Source: a virus
Direction: 5' to 3' (one strand)
Length of the DNA stretch: 64,000 nt
Virus record (IMG/VR): IMGVR_UViG_3300021171_000008
Coordinates: 1-64,000 of that record
Shown: piece after piece, positions 30,509-42,956 of the stretch
How positions within the stretch are numbered: position 1 is the first letter of the stretch
How the letters are laid out: the number at the start of each line of letters is the position of its first letter
Notes under the pieces: generated by a model
Seen by the model: the letters and a program-made list of their open reading frames with translations, nothing else
Databases searched by the model: none
Told to the model about the DNA's origin: nothing
Program-made: the position numbers and the translations under genes

Positions 30509-31705
30509 ATGGCGCGTGCAAGTAGGGCAGAATGGGAGAACTGGATCGCGCTCGCCCGAACGCGGGACATCCATGATGTCGCGGTCGAATATGGCGCCCA
30601 TCTAAAGCGCGATGGCCATGAGTGGATCGGCCCCTGCCCCATCTGCGGCGGGCGAGACCGCTTCGCCGTCAACCAGCAGAAGCGCATCTTCAATTGCCGA
30701 GGCTCGGGCGAGGGCACGTATGGCGCCGGCGATTCCATCAACTTGGTCATGCACGTCGTCGGTTGCGATTTCATCGAGGCGGTCGAGCGCATCACCGGCA
30801 CGCCGCGACCGGACCGGACCCGCGACGAGAACGCGGACGAGCGCAAGAAGCGGGAGCTACGGCACCGCGCGCTGGCGACCGAATACGCCAAGCGCGAGGC
30901 GGACGAGCGGGCCGCCATGGAGCGCAAGGCGGCGCGGGACGAGGCGTCGATCGCCGACATCATCAAGCGCGCTAAGCCGCTCGACGGGACAACCCACGCT
31001 GACCACTACATGCGCGTTGCGCGCCACCTGAATCCGCCGCGTTGGCTTATCGGCGATCTGCGTTTCGTCGCAACCTTAGACTATTGGGGAGCGGGCGATA
31101 ACGGCAGTAACGAGCCTGTCCTTCTCGCCAGCGTACCGGCTCTGATCGCGATCATCCGCGACCAGCTCGGCGACGTCATCGGCATCTCGCAGACCTTTCT
31201 TGATCCCAACGAGCCCACAAAGTGGAAGCCAACCGGGAGCCCGCGAAACAGCCCGAAGAAAATTCGCGGGCGTAAACAAGGGGGCATGATCAGGCTGGGT
31301 CGCCCAGCTGAAACGATCGCGATAGCGGAGGGCTGGGAAAATGCTCTGGCGTGGCATGCGCTTGGGTTGGGGCCGGAAGAGGTCATGCTGGCCGCCGCCG
31401 TCGATCTCGGCAACCTAGCAGGCCGCGCGACCGGGCAGATCGCTCACAAAACGCTGGTCGATCCAGAAGGGCGACCTAGGCGAATGCCGAACGGTCTGCC
31501 GGACCCTAAGAGCCCCGGTGTGATCCTGCCAGATGGGATCAAAAACGTAATCATCATCGCGGATTCTGACTCCGAAAGCTACGCCACGGCGGCCCTTCTC
31601 GCGGTAGCGGTGCGGCGCTTCCAGGCGCAGGAACTCAACGTCGAGATCAGCTGGCCGCCGACAGGCAAGGATTATAACCAACTTTTGCTGGAGGAGAGTC
31701 GATGA
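30509..31705 (+). CDS. DNA primase (Zn finger + Toprim)
   Basis: GPCPICGGRDRF, IAEGWENALA, IIADSD. Confidence 0.85.
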   Translation: MARASRAEWENWIALARTRDIHDVAVEYGAHLKRDGHEWIGPCPICGGRDRFAVNQQKRIFNCRGSGEGTYGAGDSINLVMHVVGCDFIEAVERITGTPRPDRTRDENADERKKRELRHRALATEYAKREADERAAMERKAARDEASIADIIKRAKPLDGTTHADHYMRVARHLNPPRWLIGDLRFVATLDYWGAGDNGSNEPVLLASVPALIAIIRDQLGDVIGISQTFLDPNEPTKWKPTGSPRNSPKKIRGRKQGGMIRLGRPAETIAIAEGWENALAWHALGLGPEEVMLAAAVDLGNLAGRATGQIAHKTLVDPEGRPRRMPNGLPDPKSPGVILPDGIKNVIIIADSDSESYATAALLAVAVRRFQAQELNVEISWPPTGKDYNQLLLEESR

Positions 31706-31739
31706 CGCCACTTGCACCAACTGCAAATTTGGCTAGCCT

Positions 31740-33065
31740 ATGACCATCTACCCCGCCGTTCTGGAGCACCCAGTCGGGATCGAATCCGGTGCCGATTTCC
31801 TCAAGCGAATCGCTTTCATCTTCGACCAGCCGGTGAGGAGCAAATTTGGAGCACTTTACTTGGACGAATTGGACAACCCCGGACCCGAACACAACTGGCT
31901 CGTACAGGGCTGGTTGGCGGCCAACGAGGTGAGCGTCGTCGCCGGCGCCTCGCGCTCGGGCAAGAGTTTTCTCGCCCTGGAGACTGGGCTGTGCGTCGCC
32001 GAGGCGCGCCCGTTATTCGGGTTGAAAGTGAAGCATGGCGCCGTGGTCTATCAAGCGGGCGAGGGCGCGATAGGCGTCAAAAAGCGCTTGCGTGCTTGGC
32101 GCCAGCATCATGGCCGGGTCTGGACCCGAGAAACCCCGTTCGTCTTGTTGCAGCGGCCGATCGATATCTATCACTCCACCGAAGAGGTCGATTCGCTGAT
32201 CAGCGAGATCCTGGCGCACGCGAAAGTGTTCGAGGACCCGCTCCGGCTCGTCGTCATCGACACCTTAGCGACAGCAACCCCCGGAGCCGATGAAAATTCC
32301 GGCCGGGACATGTCGACGGTTCTCGGGAACGTCGCCAGGATCTGCGACAAGTGCCAGTGCCACGTCATGCTCGTGCATCACTTGAACGCGGCCGGGGGCA
32401 AACTGAGGGGCCACACAAGCGTCTACGCAAATGTTGGTCAGGTGATGCTGGTCGAGCGTGACGAAGACACCGGAATCAGGACGGTCAAGCTCGACAAGCA
32501 AAAAGACGACATTGATGGCAAGGAAATGAAATTCGAGTTGATGCAAGTTGTGATCGGCGTGGACGAGGACGGCGAGAAGATCACGTCCTGCATTTGCCTC
32601 CCCGTTGGCGAGAAGGACGCCGTCCGGCGCGAGGAAGAATTAAAGGGCTTCCGCCTCAATAAGACCCAAGAGGTCTTCATGCAGGCGTTCTTCGACGTCG
32701 AGCGCCGATACGGCCAGCCAGTCCCGCGCGAGGTTTCCTTGCCCGTCTACGTGCGTTCGCTGGCCCCATGGGAAGACGTCAAACGGGTGTATGGCGACAT
32801 GAGCCCGTCCGACGCCCTCACGCCAGATCAACAGACGACGGCCGAGGCGGAGATCGCGGACAAGCGCTGGCGCGAGACGATGAAAAAACGAATCCAAAGG
32901 ATGCGCGAGGATCTGGAAGCGCTCGGCATCCTGGGCGTCGTGCGCCACGAGGGGCGGACGTTTGTCTACTGGACCGGCAAGCCGCTCCGCGCGTTTCCCG
33001 AGACACAACCCCGCCCCAGGACCGAGAGCGAAGATTCGGAGCCTGTGGCTGACGTGGAATTTTGA
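31740..33065 (+). CDS. RepA/AAA_25 replicative helicase
   Basis: Walker A GASRSGKS, LVVIDT, DENS, LVHH, RGHT. Confidence 0.9.
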   Translation: MTIYPAVLEHPVGIESGADFLKRIAFIFDQPVRSKFGALYLDELDNPGPEHNWLVQGWLAANEVSVVAGASRSGKSFLALETGLCVAEARPLFGLKVKHGAVVYQAGEGAIGVKKRLRAWRQHHGRVWTRETPFVLLQRPIDIYHSTEEVDSLISEILAHAKVFEDPLRLVVIDTLATATPGADENSGRDMSTVLGNVARICDKCQCHVMLVHHLNAAGGKLRGHTSVYANVGQVMLVERDEDTGIRTVKLDKQKDDIDGKEMKFELMQVVIGVDEDGEKITSCICLPVGEKDAVRREEELKGFRLNKTQEVFMQAFFDVERRYGQPVPREVSLPVYVRSLAPWEDVKRVYGDMSPSDALTPDQQTTAEAEIADKRWRETMKKRIQRMREDLEALGILGVVRHEGRTFVYWTGKPLRAFPETQPRPRTESEDSEPVADVEF

Positions 33066-35234
33066 GCATGCGCAAACGTGACCGCAAGATCCCGGTGGCA
33101 GATTCGGTGCAGTGGATGGGCCTCTGCCCATGCGGCTGCGGCGCGTACAACGCTATCCTCCTCGATGAGCACGAGAAGGAGATCGGCATATTCGGCTGGG
33201 ATCGCGAGGGCTGGATCGCCTTCCTAGCGGGCGTGATGCGGCAAATTGACGGGGAGGAGTCGAGTGAAGGGCCTGTATGCGAACACCACACTGCACACTG
33301 AGTCGGCGTGCCTGAACTGCGGCAAGGGGCTCGATGCTTCCTCGGTGCATAGCATAGAGCAGCCTAGTCGCGGCCCTGGCGATGGCGACATCACGATCTG
33401 CATCTATTGCCGTCACGTCATGGCGTACCGCGCCGATCTCTCCCTGCGGCCTCTAACTGACGCAGAGATCGTCGATGTCGCTGGAGATCCGCGCTTGGTT
33501 TCGATGATCGATCTTGTTGGCGCCTACCAGAAGGACAAAGAACTTGCGGCCCGACGTCGAGAAGGTCGTCCACTCGCTGGCGACAAAGAAGCTAGCCGAC
33601 AAGTACATCGGCAGGCACGGCGAGCCGCCATCGCTTTTCTCACGGCAGCTCGCCGCGAGGCAGCAAGACCTAAACGATGACGACCGCAAACACCTCAAAT
33701 GGTGCCTGGGCGCAATTGAGCGCGGCATTGCAAGGGGGAAGATCGAACAATTTAAGGATGCGCAGGCCGCGCTCGACTTCATCACCGCGCTGCTTGAGCG
33801 TGACTACAACCTGTACCCAGAAAGGCAATTACATGGTGATCGATGAATTGATTGACCTGACCAAGCTGTTCGCCAAGACGCTGCGCGCGCCGATCAGCGC
33901 CCATGTCGAAAAGCATGGTCTCGTCATCGTCGGAAACGATCTCCTGATCGCCCACGATCCGCACACCGGCCGGATCGTCATCACGTTTGAGGTCGAGCAA
34001 GCGTTGCCGGTCAGGCAGGCGGCCGAATGACCATTGGGCCAGGAAAATACGACGACCTCGTCACCCCAATACAAGCCTCGACGCAAGCGCGCGGCGTGAT
34101 CTTGATCGTGGTCGGCGGCAATCGAGGCGAGGGCTTCTCCTGCCAAGCCACGCTGGAGGTGACCTTGGCCTTGCCAGCGATGTTGAGAAGCATCGCGGAT
34201 CAAATGGAGGCAGATATCCCGATTGTGAAAGGTGAAGCACAATGAATGACACCGCGCCCCCTACCCATCCCTTCCCGCGCTCGATCGAGGCGTTCGAGGA
34301 GATCCTGAAGCGCGCGCAGGATGCGCAGATCTCAGCCTTCGCCGTCATCACCGTCGATCCTAACGGGATTGTGGGGTGGCGTTGGCATTTCGGCAACCGG
34401 CCCCAAACGGATCTCATCGGGGGCATCGAGTGCATGAAATGGACGATCGTCACCAAAGCCATGCAGCCGATCGAGCAACCTCCAATTCCGGACCCGCCGA
34501 CTGATGTCCGACAGTGAGCTGAAGGCGTCGATCGCGGCGGTGCTCGCGGCGGCCGACGAGATCGAGGCCTACCTCGTGGATCTAAGGAGTCGAGATGGGG
34601 ATCGGGAAAATACTACTGGGCGGCTTCCCCGTGATGAAGCGCCAGTGCGAAACGTGCATTTACAGCAAGGCGTGGCAAGAGCTGGGCGGGACGCCGATCG
34701 CGGTCCTAGAAGATCAGGTCCGCGAAAAACATAAGGGCGCGACCGGCTTCAAGGGATCTCGGATCTGCCACTCGCAGGAAAAGGGCGGTAAGGCCACCTG
34801 TCGCGGTTTCTGGAACCGGCACAAGGATGAGTTTGCGGCGGGCCAGATCGCGCAGCGGTTCGACTGCGTCGAGTTTGTGGAGCCGACAAAATGATTTCGC
34901 TCCGGCGTCCCGGTGAGACACGCAACCTCGGGATGGGTCCCCAGGAGAAGGGATCGGCTGAACCGTTCCTTCCACGCCCTCGTCGGCGTTGGGACTTTGC
35001 AATTGGCTCAACGAAAGCACGGGCGGAACGGGGGAGGGCTAATGGCTCTCCCCTTGTCGCCTCGCCAGTTCAGCCTCGCACTCCGCCTTGTCCCGGCTGG
35101 CAAAGATCACGCCCAGGCCTTCGATGACCGCCCAGGCCTTGCCGAACGGCGCGACCTGCATCGGCCGGCTGGCCGCCGGGTTAGGCCCCGGCGGCAGCCG
35201 CGCTTCCGATTTCTTCGCGCGTTTTGAGGCGGCC

Positions 35235-35774
35235 ATGGGCAAGCGCTCCACGTTCGAGAGGGTTGAGAGAGATCTCTACAATACGCCTGCGGAGGCCGTC
35301 AGGCCGCTCCTGGGCTGGCTCCATCGGGGAACGCCCTTCATAGAGCCTTGCTACGGCGAAGGGGCGCTGGCGCGCTCCCTAATGGCCGCAGGGCACCGGC
35401 TGATGGCACGCCACGATCTGCCGACCGACGCGCGCGAGCATGACTACGGCGTGCTCCCCGGCGAGATCTTCATCACAAATCCCCCAGCATGGGGCCGGCC
35501 GAAAGATCTGCATCCCTTGATCGAGAACCTCTCGGATCAGGCGCCGACGTGGCTCCTGATGTCGAGCGACTGGCTGTTCAACCAGTCCTCCGGCGCGATC
35601 ATCGCCAAGCGGCTGCGCCGGATTGTCGCCGTCGGCCGCGTGCGGTGGATTCCCAATTCGCCCCATGTCGGTAAGGACAATTGTGCGTGGCTGCTATTTT
35701 ATCGCTACGGTCGCCGCGCAACCTTTATCGGCCGCGCCAATGGACAATCTCGCCAACGGACTCTCGTGTCGTGA
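35235..35774 (+). CDS. Small N6-adenine DNA methyltransferase-like protein
   Basis: DLYNTP, EPCYGEG (motif I), ITNPP (motif IV). Confidence 0.65.
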   Translation: MGKRSTFERVERDLYNTPAEAVRPLLGWLHRGTPFIEPCYGEGALARSLMAAGHRLMARHDLPTDAREHDYGVLPGEIFITNPPAWGRPKDLHPLIENLSDQAPTWLLMSSDWLFNQSSGAIIAKRLRRIVAVGRVRWIPNSPHVGKDNCAWLLFYRYGRRATFIGRANGQSRQRTLVS

Positions 35775-35970
35775 GCGCGAATGTCTCCTATGGATCGCTC
35801 GCGGCAAAACGTACCACGAGACGGCGACGATCACTGGCATCGCCTACGGGACGGTCAAAACCTATCTCGACAAAGCGCGCCACAAGCTCAATTGCGCCAC
35901 CCTGCCACAAGCGACCGCCCTCGCGGTCGCGCGGGGCATCCTCACGTCGATTGATCTGGAAGGGCGCTAG
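35740..35970 (+). CDS. LuxR-type HTH protein
   Basis: LSCRERECLLWIARGKTYHETA..GTVKTYLDKARHKL. Confidence 0.85.
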   Translation: MDNLANGLSCRERECLLWIARGKTYHETATITGIAYGTVKTYLDKARHKLNCATLPQATALAVARGILTSIDLEGR

Positions 35971-38288
35971 AGGCTTCTCGGCTCTATTCATCCCGAGAGC
36001 CTCCTGTCGTCGTCGGGCCACAGAGGGCCGTGCGGCAGGCTCCAGCGACCGTCGCGCGTGAGCACCTTGCGGATCTTGTACGGCAGAGCCTCGACTTGAT
36101 CCTCGTCGAGCGTGGCGAGGCCGCGATTGACCGCCTCGCGCAGCATCTCGAACTCGTTGTCTGTGAGGCGCAAGCGCCAACCTCGGCGCATGCGTGAGAC
36201 GTTCATCATTTTGACTCCTCAGAGTAAGTGAAGCTGAATAATAATTGGCGGGGATGGCGCAGAGAAGTGAACAATAGTAAGCATAATGCCTGCCCATGCC
36301 GCCGTCATGGTAAGCAAAGTGGCGATCGATTTGATTATTTCCCAGCGCTGTTCTTCGTCATTCATCGTCGTCACTGAGCTTGACGGTCGAGCCATCCTTG
36401 AAACGAAGCACGCGGTCCGAGAACCACGACCGCAACACAATGCCGGCCGTCATTCTCCGGGTTCCGTTGTTCCCGTCTCTCGGGATCGTATCCGGCGGAC
36501 AGTCGAGCGCCTCGACCAGGGCGACAAACTTCGCGAACGAAAATTCGCCGTCCTGGCCGCGCGACCGCTCGGTGAGGAAACGGTCGTAAGCGTCGCCTGA
36601 GTGTTTTGGGTATTGCCTGCGCCTAATCCGCGACACGGTTCACCTCGCGGACTTCGATCTTCAGCCTGTCGATGCTGTTTTGCAGCCGCGTGGTGAGCGC
36701 AACTTGAACGACGAATTGGTCGCGCAAGTCTGCGAGGTCATGCTCGATTCGGGTCAATTGCTGTTGGATCTTCTTAAGGACCGCGAGAGTTAGGCTTTCA
36801 GCCTCCGTCATCGGACACCTCCCCGGCGTGACAAATCACCTTGGTGATGCGCGCGCCCTCGTGCTCGCTAACCCATGGGAAGTCAGCGCTACGCGCCATG
36901 TCGAGCGCTTTCGCTTGCGCTTCGCCGAACCCCTCGGCCACGATTTCGATCGTCGCCTCTTGGCGCGGGTATCGTTGCAGCTCGACCGTGAAGCGCTGCT
37001 TCATGACGGCCTCCGCAACAGGAAGCCCAATAGCACTGCGGCGGCGCGATAATGGAACGCCTGGACCTTCTGCCACTCCGCCGCGTAATCGGGCATGCCC
37101 CGGCGCAGCGCGTCGACGGACTCAGCGTGAGCAAACGCCGCTGCGCCTTGATGCAGCGCGGCGCCGTGCTTCAGCTCCTCGTCGGTTAGAAAGGTCCATG
37201 TTTGAAAGGGCTGTGCGCTCAATTCGCCCTCCGTTTGTTGTCGAGAAGATTGTCGAAAACGCCGGTGAATCGGTCCTCGACCGCCGAGAGGGCGCGCAGC
37301 TCGGTGCATGTTCCATCGGCCGCGCGCACCGTCTGCAAGGTCTGGTAGCGATGCTCGCCGGCCTTGTTGGCGGCCATGGCGACGACGCACTCTTGCCGGT
37401 CCGGGCTCTCGCTCGGCATCGGCCCGGTGTACTCCTTGCTCGGATCTCCCTGGACGCGCAGCATCCAGGCCTCGGTCAGCATGCTGTACGCGGTGCACCG
37501 CCTCTCGCGCATGACGTCGCGCATGGTTTCGATCACGAGATGCTTCTCGCGATTGTTCCCCCACGGCGTGGCGTAGACCGTGACATCGTCCGGCTTGTCG
37601 CCCTTCTCGGTGACCAAGAGCCATATGGGCGTCAGCTCGTCCTTGGTGCCGACCATCACCCGGTTAGCTTGGTCCTTGGCCAGTTCCATCATTTTATCCA
37701 ATGTCATCGCTTAACCCTCCGAACCGCGCTCGTCCGCGTCCTCGACCGGCCAAAACCAGGGCTCCTTGCGCGCGAACATGTTGAAGTGAAGCTTCTGGGT
37801 GGGCTCGATCGCCTCGACGATCTCCCGAAGCTTGCTGATCAGCTCGCGCATTTCGCTCACGCTGAGATATTGCGCGCTCGCGTATGCGATCTCGCCGCGC
37901 AATTGCAGCGTCGCGCTTTCCGGGCTCGACTTGTACAGGCGGATCATAGGCGTGCGATCGACCTCATACCGGCGTGGGTAACGCCCCATTTCGATATGCT
38001 TCTTGATATTCAGCTCATTCATTTTTCGACTCCTTCCGGGGATTGCCCGCGACCGCGCCCCATCTCTGAGGCGCGCACGCTGGCAATCAGTCCAGCTGGT
38101 CGAGGAGATCCTCGATCGCCGCCTCTTGCGTCGGTCCGGTTCCGACCTTGCAGCCTAGATCGTAGTCGCCGACCGTCGCCGACCATCCAAAATGCGAATA
38201 GCGCGGCGCGTAATCGTCATAGGTCTTGATGTCTTCCAGGCGCAGGCCCCTAGCTGCACAGATGCGGTGCAGCCGCTCGTCGTTTTCG

Positions 38289-40286
38289 TTAGCCATTTGG
38301 TTTCGACTCCTTAATGATCGCCAGCAGATCGGCCGGAACCTGCCGCCCATACTTGATCGCGAGCTTCCGGCCGTACTGGGCTTGCTTCTGGCTCAGCGAT
38401 TCGCGGTGGGCCAAGCTGTGGCCAAAGTCAGTGTCCAATTTATTGAAGCCGCAGCCATCAAGGACTTGAGCGCCGTCACATAGCCCCGCGATGATCCTCA
38501 GAGCGTCGTGGACGGCTTGGACTTGCTGGCCGGTCAGATCATCCGCGCCAGGAGCCGGAGGGGCCTGGACGGGCTTCTCTGGGGCTCGGACGGGCTCATC
38601 GAGAGGCTTGGGCGCCGGGAGCGCGGCCCCAGGCTTGTCGAGCGCCGCGTCGGCAATCGCCGCCTTGTCCACGTTCACCTGCGCAATGTGCGCGTCCAGC
38701 GAACCGTCAAGCACGACATACTGGATGAGAACCGACTCGCGCTGACCAATGCGGTGGGCCCGATCCTCGGCCTGTTGGTTCCAACCTGGGGTCCAATCTT
38801 GCTCGGCGAAGACAACGTGAGTCGCCGCCGTCAATGTGATGCCAACGCCGGCGGCCTTGATCGAACCGACAAACACGCGGCAGCTCGGATCAGATTGGAA
38901 ACGGTCAATCCGCGCCTGCTTATCGGCCGCGCTATCGCCGCCCATAAGCTTGACGGCGCCGACATCGGAAAACTCTTTCGTCAGGGCTTCGACGACGTCC
39001 CGGTGATGGGCGAAAAGTAAAATTTTACCTTCGCTGCCGTCCAGCGCATCGCGAACGTGCTCGATCACTTGCGGGAGCTTGGCGAGGGCGATTTCATGCC
39101 GCAGCGCGCTCATCTCCTCGAAAGCGGCCCCAGAGGCGTCCTCTAGGGCCGCCACAGCCGCCTCGAACGCTTTGGGGTCTTCTGAGGCCTTCGACGCCTG
39201 GAGGGCTTCCTTGGCCTGCGTGACGCGCTCTGCGAGGGCGTTCTGCCGCTCGATCAGGGCGCGCGCCTTCTTGCTCGGCTCAAGCACGATTACCTGCCGA
39301 CGCTTGGGGGGCAGCTCGGTCAGAACCTCGCTCTTCAACCGGCGGATCATGAACGCAGCGCGGAGCTTGCTGTTCAGCTCAGGGAGGTTCGACGCGCCGT
39401 CGATGTCCCAGCCATATTCGGTCTGATGACCGGCACAGTAGCGGACGTGGAAGCCCCGCCAATTGGCGCCCAGCCCCTGCCGGTCGAGCGCGTGAACGAT
39501 CGTCCACAGCTCTTTCGGGCGGTTTAAGATGGGCGTGCCGGTCAAGAACAGGCGGCGCGCAGCGCGGATCGGCGCGACCTTCCAGGCCTTCGCGGCAGCG
39601 TCCCACTTGCCGAATATCGCCTGGGTGCGCTGCGCCTTGCCGTTCTTGACGTAGTGGCACTCGTCGAAGATCGCGAGATCCCAGTCCACCGCCTTGATCT
39701 CGGCGTCGAACTTGCGCAGCACGTCATAATTGACGATCACCACGTCAGTCGCCGGCCAGCCGCCGTTGGCGACGCCAATGCTGAGCGGACGCACCAGCCA
39801 CTTTCGCAGCTCCCGCTCCCAATTGATTTTGAGGCTCGCAGGGCAGACGACCAGAACCTTGCGGATCGACGGCGTGGCATTGATGACGCCCGCAGCCTGG
39901 ATCGTCTTGCCCAGGCCCATTTCATCGCCGATCAGGGTATTGGTGCGCGCCGCCGCATAAGCGATCCCGGCCCGCTGGTAGGGGAGGTAGTTGAGCCCTA
40001 ACTTGCGGCAGACGTCGGACAAGGGAAGGTCGATCGCGGCATCGGTCGCGTGCGAGGCGACAATGGAGGCCTCGCGAGCCTGATGCTGCGCCTGCCGCTC
40101 GGCGTTAATGCGGGCGACGAGGTCCGCGTTGTCGCCGTCGATCTTCGCCGCGATCTCCGGCTTGTCGGTCCACCAGACTTTGCGATCGGGGTTCCACCGG
40201 AACCCGGCCGCCTTCACGATATCCTTGTCCGCGTAGTCGGACCGCGCGATCCAAATGCGGCCCTCTTGCACAACTTTGATTGCCAT
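38289..40286 (-). CDS. SNF2/HARP-like helicase
   Basis: DEMGLGKTIQ, DECH, LTGTPILNRP, GVGITLT, QAEDRAHRIGQ. Confidence 0.92.
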   Translation of the reverse strand: MAIKVVQEGRIWIARSDYADKDIVKAAGFRWNPDRKVWWTDKPEIAAKIDGDNADLVARINAERQAQHQAREASIVASHATDAAIDLPLSDVCRKLGLNYLPYQRAGIAYAAARTNTLIGDEMGLGKTIQAAGVINATPSIRKVLVVCPASLKINWERELRKWLVRPLSIGVANGGWPATDVVIVNYDVLRKFDAEIKAVDWDLAIFDECHYVKNGKAQRTQAIFGKWDAAAKAWKVAPIRAARRLFLTGTPILNRPKELWTIVHALDRQGLGANWRGFHVRYCAGHQTEYGWDIDGASNLPELNSKLRAAFMIRRLKSEVLTELPPKRRQVIVLEPSKKARALIERQNALAERVTQAKEALQASKASEDPKAFEAAVAALEDASGAAFEEMSALRHEIALAKLPQVIEHVRDALDGSEGKILLFAHHRDVVEALTKEFSDVGAVKLMGGDSAADKQARIDRFQSDPSCRVFVGSIKAAGVGITLTAATHVVFAEQDWTPGWNQQAEDRAHRIGQRESVLIQYVVLDGSLDAHIAQVNVDKAAIADAALDKPGAALPAPKPLDEPVRAPEKPVQAPPAPGADDLTGQQVQAVHDALRIIAGLCDGAQVLDGCGFNKLDTDFGHSLAHRESLSQKQAQYGRKLAIKYGRQVPADLLAIIKESKPNG

Positions 40287-40337
40287 TGAACTCGACTCCA
40301 AAAAAGAAAACCGGGCGGTAGGCGCCGCCCGGTCCTG

Positions 40338-40366
40338 ATATGGCATGCTCTGCAAAAACCGTCAAG
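40338..40366 (-). promoter_or_regulatory. Sigma70-type promoter
   Basis: CTTGAC-N17-CCATAT. Confidence 0.7.
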
Positions 40367-41304
40367 ATGACGCCAGTTTTTATCTCGCCGCATAAGCCTT
40401 GCGGGCGTAACTCAGCGCGCAGCGGAGCGTGCAGAACGGGTCATAGCCGCCCGTCCACGATTCGCCGTCCCACACTTCCCGGTAGGCGTGCAGGGTGGGC
40501 GTGTCGGTGTAGAAGCGCGGGTCCGGCTCTTCCCTCTTGCGCGCGAGGCCGCCAGCCCATGAGGTTCGTTTTTGCTGATCGGCCAGGAACTCCGCTTTGA
40601 GCCCCAGCCGGCTCGGCTCGCTCGTCTTCCAGACGACGCCGTTGCCGGTATAGCTCGGCATCGGCTCGCCCTCGGGCCAGCGCACGTCCTCCTGATGCGT
40701 ATGGCGCTGGCCATACTTGGCGCCACAGTGGACGCAAACCGGGCGGCTGGACCTCGCCATGCTGTGAGGCCGGGTCACAGCTCCACCTGATTGCGGACCC
40801 AGCTATAGCGCAGGCTCATCGCAGCCCCCTATGGGTTGGCCCATAAGGCAAAGCGCGGCCTAAACAATTGTTCATTTCCTGCGCCATATCGCGGCGCGCA
40901 TCGGCTGTCCGCAGCTCGGGTTTGTCGTTGCTCTCAAAAAGCTTAGTCATGATGCGACAAAGCCGGATGTAATCGTCGCGATCGAGGAGGTAGTGCTCCG
41001 CGTCTCGCGCGCTTTGGTGTTCCATGGGTTCGACTCCTTCTCGGTTTCGATCGATCGATCGTCCGGTCATGCGCGCCGCCTAGACGCGCATGGCCTCACG
41101 TTCGCTCAACCCATCGCGGCGAGCTGGAGGGCGTCGCACATATGCTCGAACGCCTTCCACTCGTTGTCATCGCGAGTGATCCGCGATTGCTCGCTTCTGA
41201 GGCGGCCCAGCGCGTAGCCAACCTCCTCCGCCGAATAGAGTCCGGCGAGCGCGAGGGCGCGCAACGCCACGCGATACAGTTCAACGGCGTCTTCGCTTGG
41301 GGCA

Positions 41305-41592
41305 TCAATCATGGTTCGACTCCTTCAATCGACCGAGGGCGCGTGCCGCCTCTGCTTGTCGTTTCTCTTGAGCGGCGGCGCCCCTAACCTCGTTCCAATG
41401 AGCGCGCAGCTCACGATCCAAACAGCCACAAGACTTTGTGTGGCCCCTGCGCAGATTGTTGCTGCGCGCGATCGAGGTCGCGCCGCAGTCGCATGAACAA
41501 TTCCAAAATGTGTGCTTGCCAGCTCGCGCGGCGAGTCGGACGGCAATGAGCCGCCCGAAACGGATTCCGCTCAGATCGACGATGGCGGGCAT
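41305..41592 (-). CDS. N-terminal remnant of HNH/AP2-type homing endonuclease
   Basis: DLSGIRFGRL..WNCSCDCG..LRRGHTKSCGC; no nuclease domain follows. Confidence 0.6.
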   Translation of the reverse strand: MPAIVDLSGIRFGRLIAVRLAARAGKHTFWNCSCDCGATSIARSNNLRRGHTKSCGCLDRELRAHWNEVRGAAAQEKRQAEAARALGRLKESNHD

Positions 41593-42506
41593 TAGGCGGC
41601 CTCCAGAGCGGGTTCCTCCTCGTCCGCCTCCTCTGCACTCACCTTGCCGCGTAACCAGTCTACGGCCTTGCTGGCCGCACTGGCGGCGGTCACGATCGCC
41701 GTCTCTTTCTGGGACAGGAGCGAAACCCAGTGGTCGATGTAGGCGGCCGGAGCCTCGCCCATGTCGATGCCCCACTCGGCGCAGACGAAAGCCGCCGTTA
41801 GCTCGGCGATCAGCTCCTCGGCCGCATATTCGCGGTCCCCAAACTTGCCCTTCAGCTCGCGGCCCAGGCGCGAGGGATGCCCGGTCGCGTGGCCCATCTC
41901 ATGAAAGAGCGTGCTGTAGAAGGCATGGGCGCCGACAAAGGCCTCAAACGCGGGCATCTGGATGCGATCGAGCGAGGGCGCATACTGGGCGCGCGCGCCT
42001 CGGCCTTCCTCGATGCGGATCTCGGTCGCGGCGACGAAGGCGTCGAGATCAGCGTCGCGCCCGTCAGGATTGACCGGGGCATGCTGGCGAGGCTCGCCCA
42101 GGCCCATGACCGAATCCGGCAGCCCCTCGCACTGCGCCACGTTGAAAACCGTGTAGCTGCGCAAGAAACCAATGGTCTTTTTCTCGCCAGGATTCTTATC
42201 GTCCTTTACGAGCATGCGCTTGACGAAGATCACGGCGACGCCGTGCTCGTGTTTCTTGACGTTGCCGCCTGCCGCCTTGGCCTGCTTGAAGGTCAGCCAG
42301 CGCGGCGTGCTGTAGCCCTCGACCTCGGCCACGCCCCAGAGCAACAGGACGTTAGCGCCGCTGTAGAAGCGGCCGGTGACCGCATTGCGCGGCATCACGC
42401 TGCCATGCGCGCCAACGCGCTCGGACCAGGGCTTGCGCCAGGGCGCAACGCCAGTTTTCAGCTGGGCGAGAATCTTGTCGGTGATCTCGCGGTGCATGTC
42501 TCGCAT
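41592..42506 (-). CDS. ardC: ArdC-like ssDNA-binding antirestriction protein
   Basis: PWRKPW, YSGANVLLL, WLTFKQA, VFNVAQ, HEMGHATGH, YAAEELIAE. Confidence 0.88.
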   Translation of the reverse strand: MRDMHREITDKILAQLKTGVAPWRKPWSERVGAHGSVMPRNAVTGRFYSGANVLLLWGVAEVEGYSTPRWLTFKQAKAAGGNVKKHEHGVAVIFVKRMLVKDDKNPGEKKTIGFLRSYTVFNVAQCEGLPDSVMGLGEPRQHAPVNPDGRDADLDAFVAATEIRIEEGRGARAQYAPSLDRIQMPAFEAFVGAHAFYSTLFHEMGHATGHPSRLGRELKGKFGDREYAAEELIAELTAAFVCAEWGIDMGEAPAAYIDHWVSLLSQKETAIVTAASAASKAVDWLRGKVSAEEADEEEPALEAA

Positions 42507-42557
42507 TGGGTTCGACTCCAAAAAGTTAAAGGGCGCGGGTAGGCCTGCGCCCCTCTC

Positions 42558-42586
42558 AGATAGCGTTAGATGCAAAAACTGTCAAG
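42558..42586 (-). promoter_or_regulatory. Sigma70-type promoter
   Basis: CTTGAC-N17-CTATCT. Confidence 0.75.
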
Positions 42587-42956
42587 ATGGCGACGATTTT
42601 GGATTGCGGGCGCGCCGCTCGGCCTCGGCCCTGGCCGCCGCCTTTTCCTTGGTGCAGTGGCGAATATGCGCCGCCTTCCCCAGCGCATTGTTGGTGATAC
42701 GATCGCCGCAGATCGGGCAGACGACACGCCGCCAGCGAATTTTGCGGGTCATCAGCGCAGCTCCTTCCGCCGCGAATCCAGCTCGGCGCGGATGGCCTGA
42801 AGGTGAAGCTCCAGCACGCTCATCGCCAAACCGCACCGGGTTGAATCGCCGCTCTTGATGGCCTCTTCCGCGCGGCGCGCCTCGCGACGAATCTCGCGGC
42901 AGCGCGTAATGATGTTTACGCAGTCCATTTCTCGACTCCTTCAGATTGCTGTGAGT

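Noticed and set aside
41026-41040. GGTTCGACTCC copies as tRNA remnants or att sites
   Set aside because: No cloverleaf context; each is the reverse complement of an RBS before a start codon.
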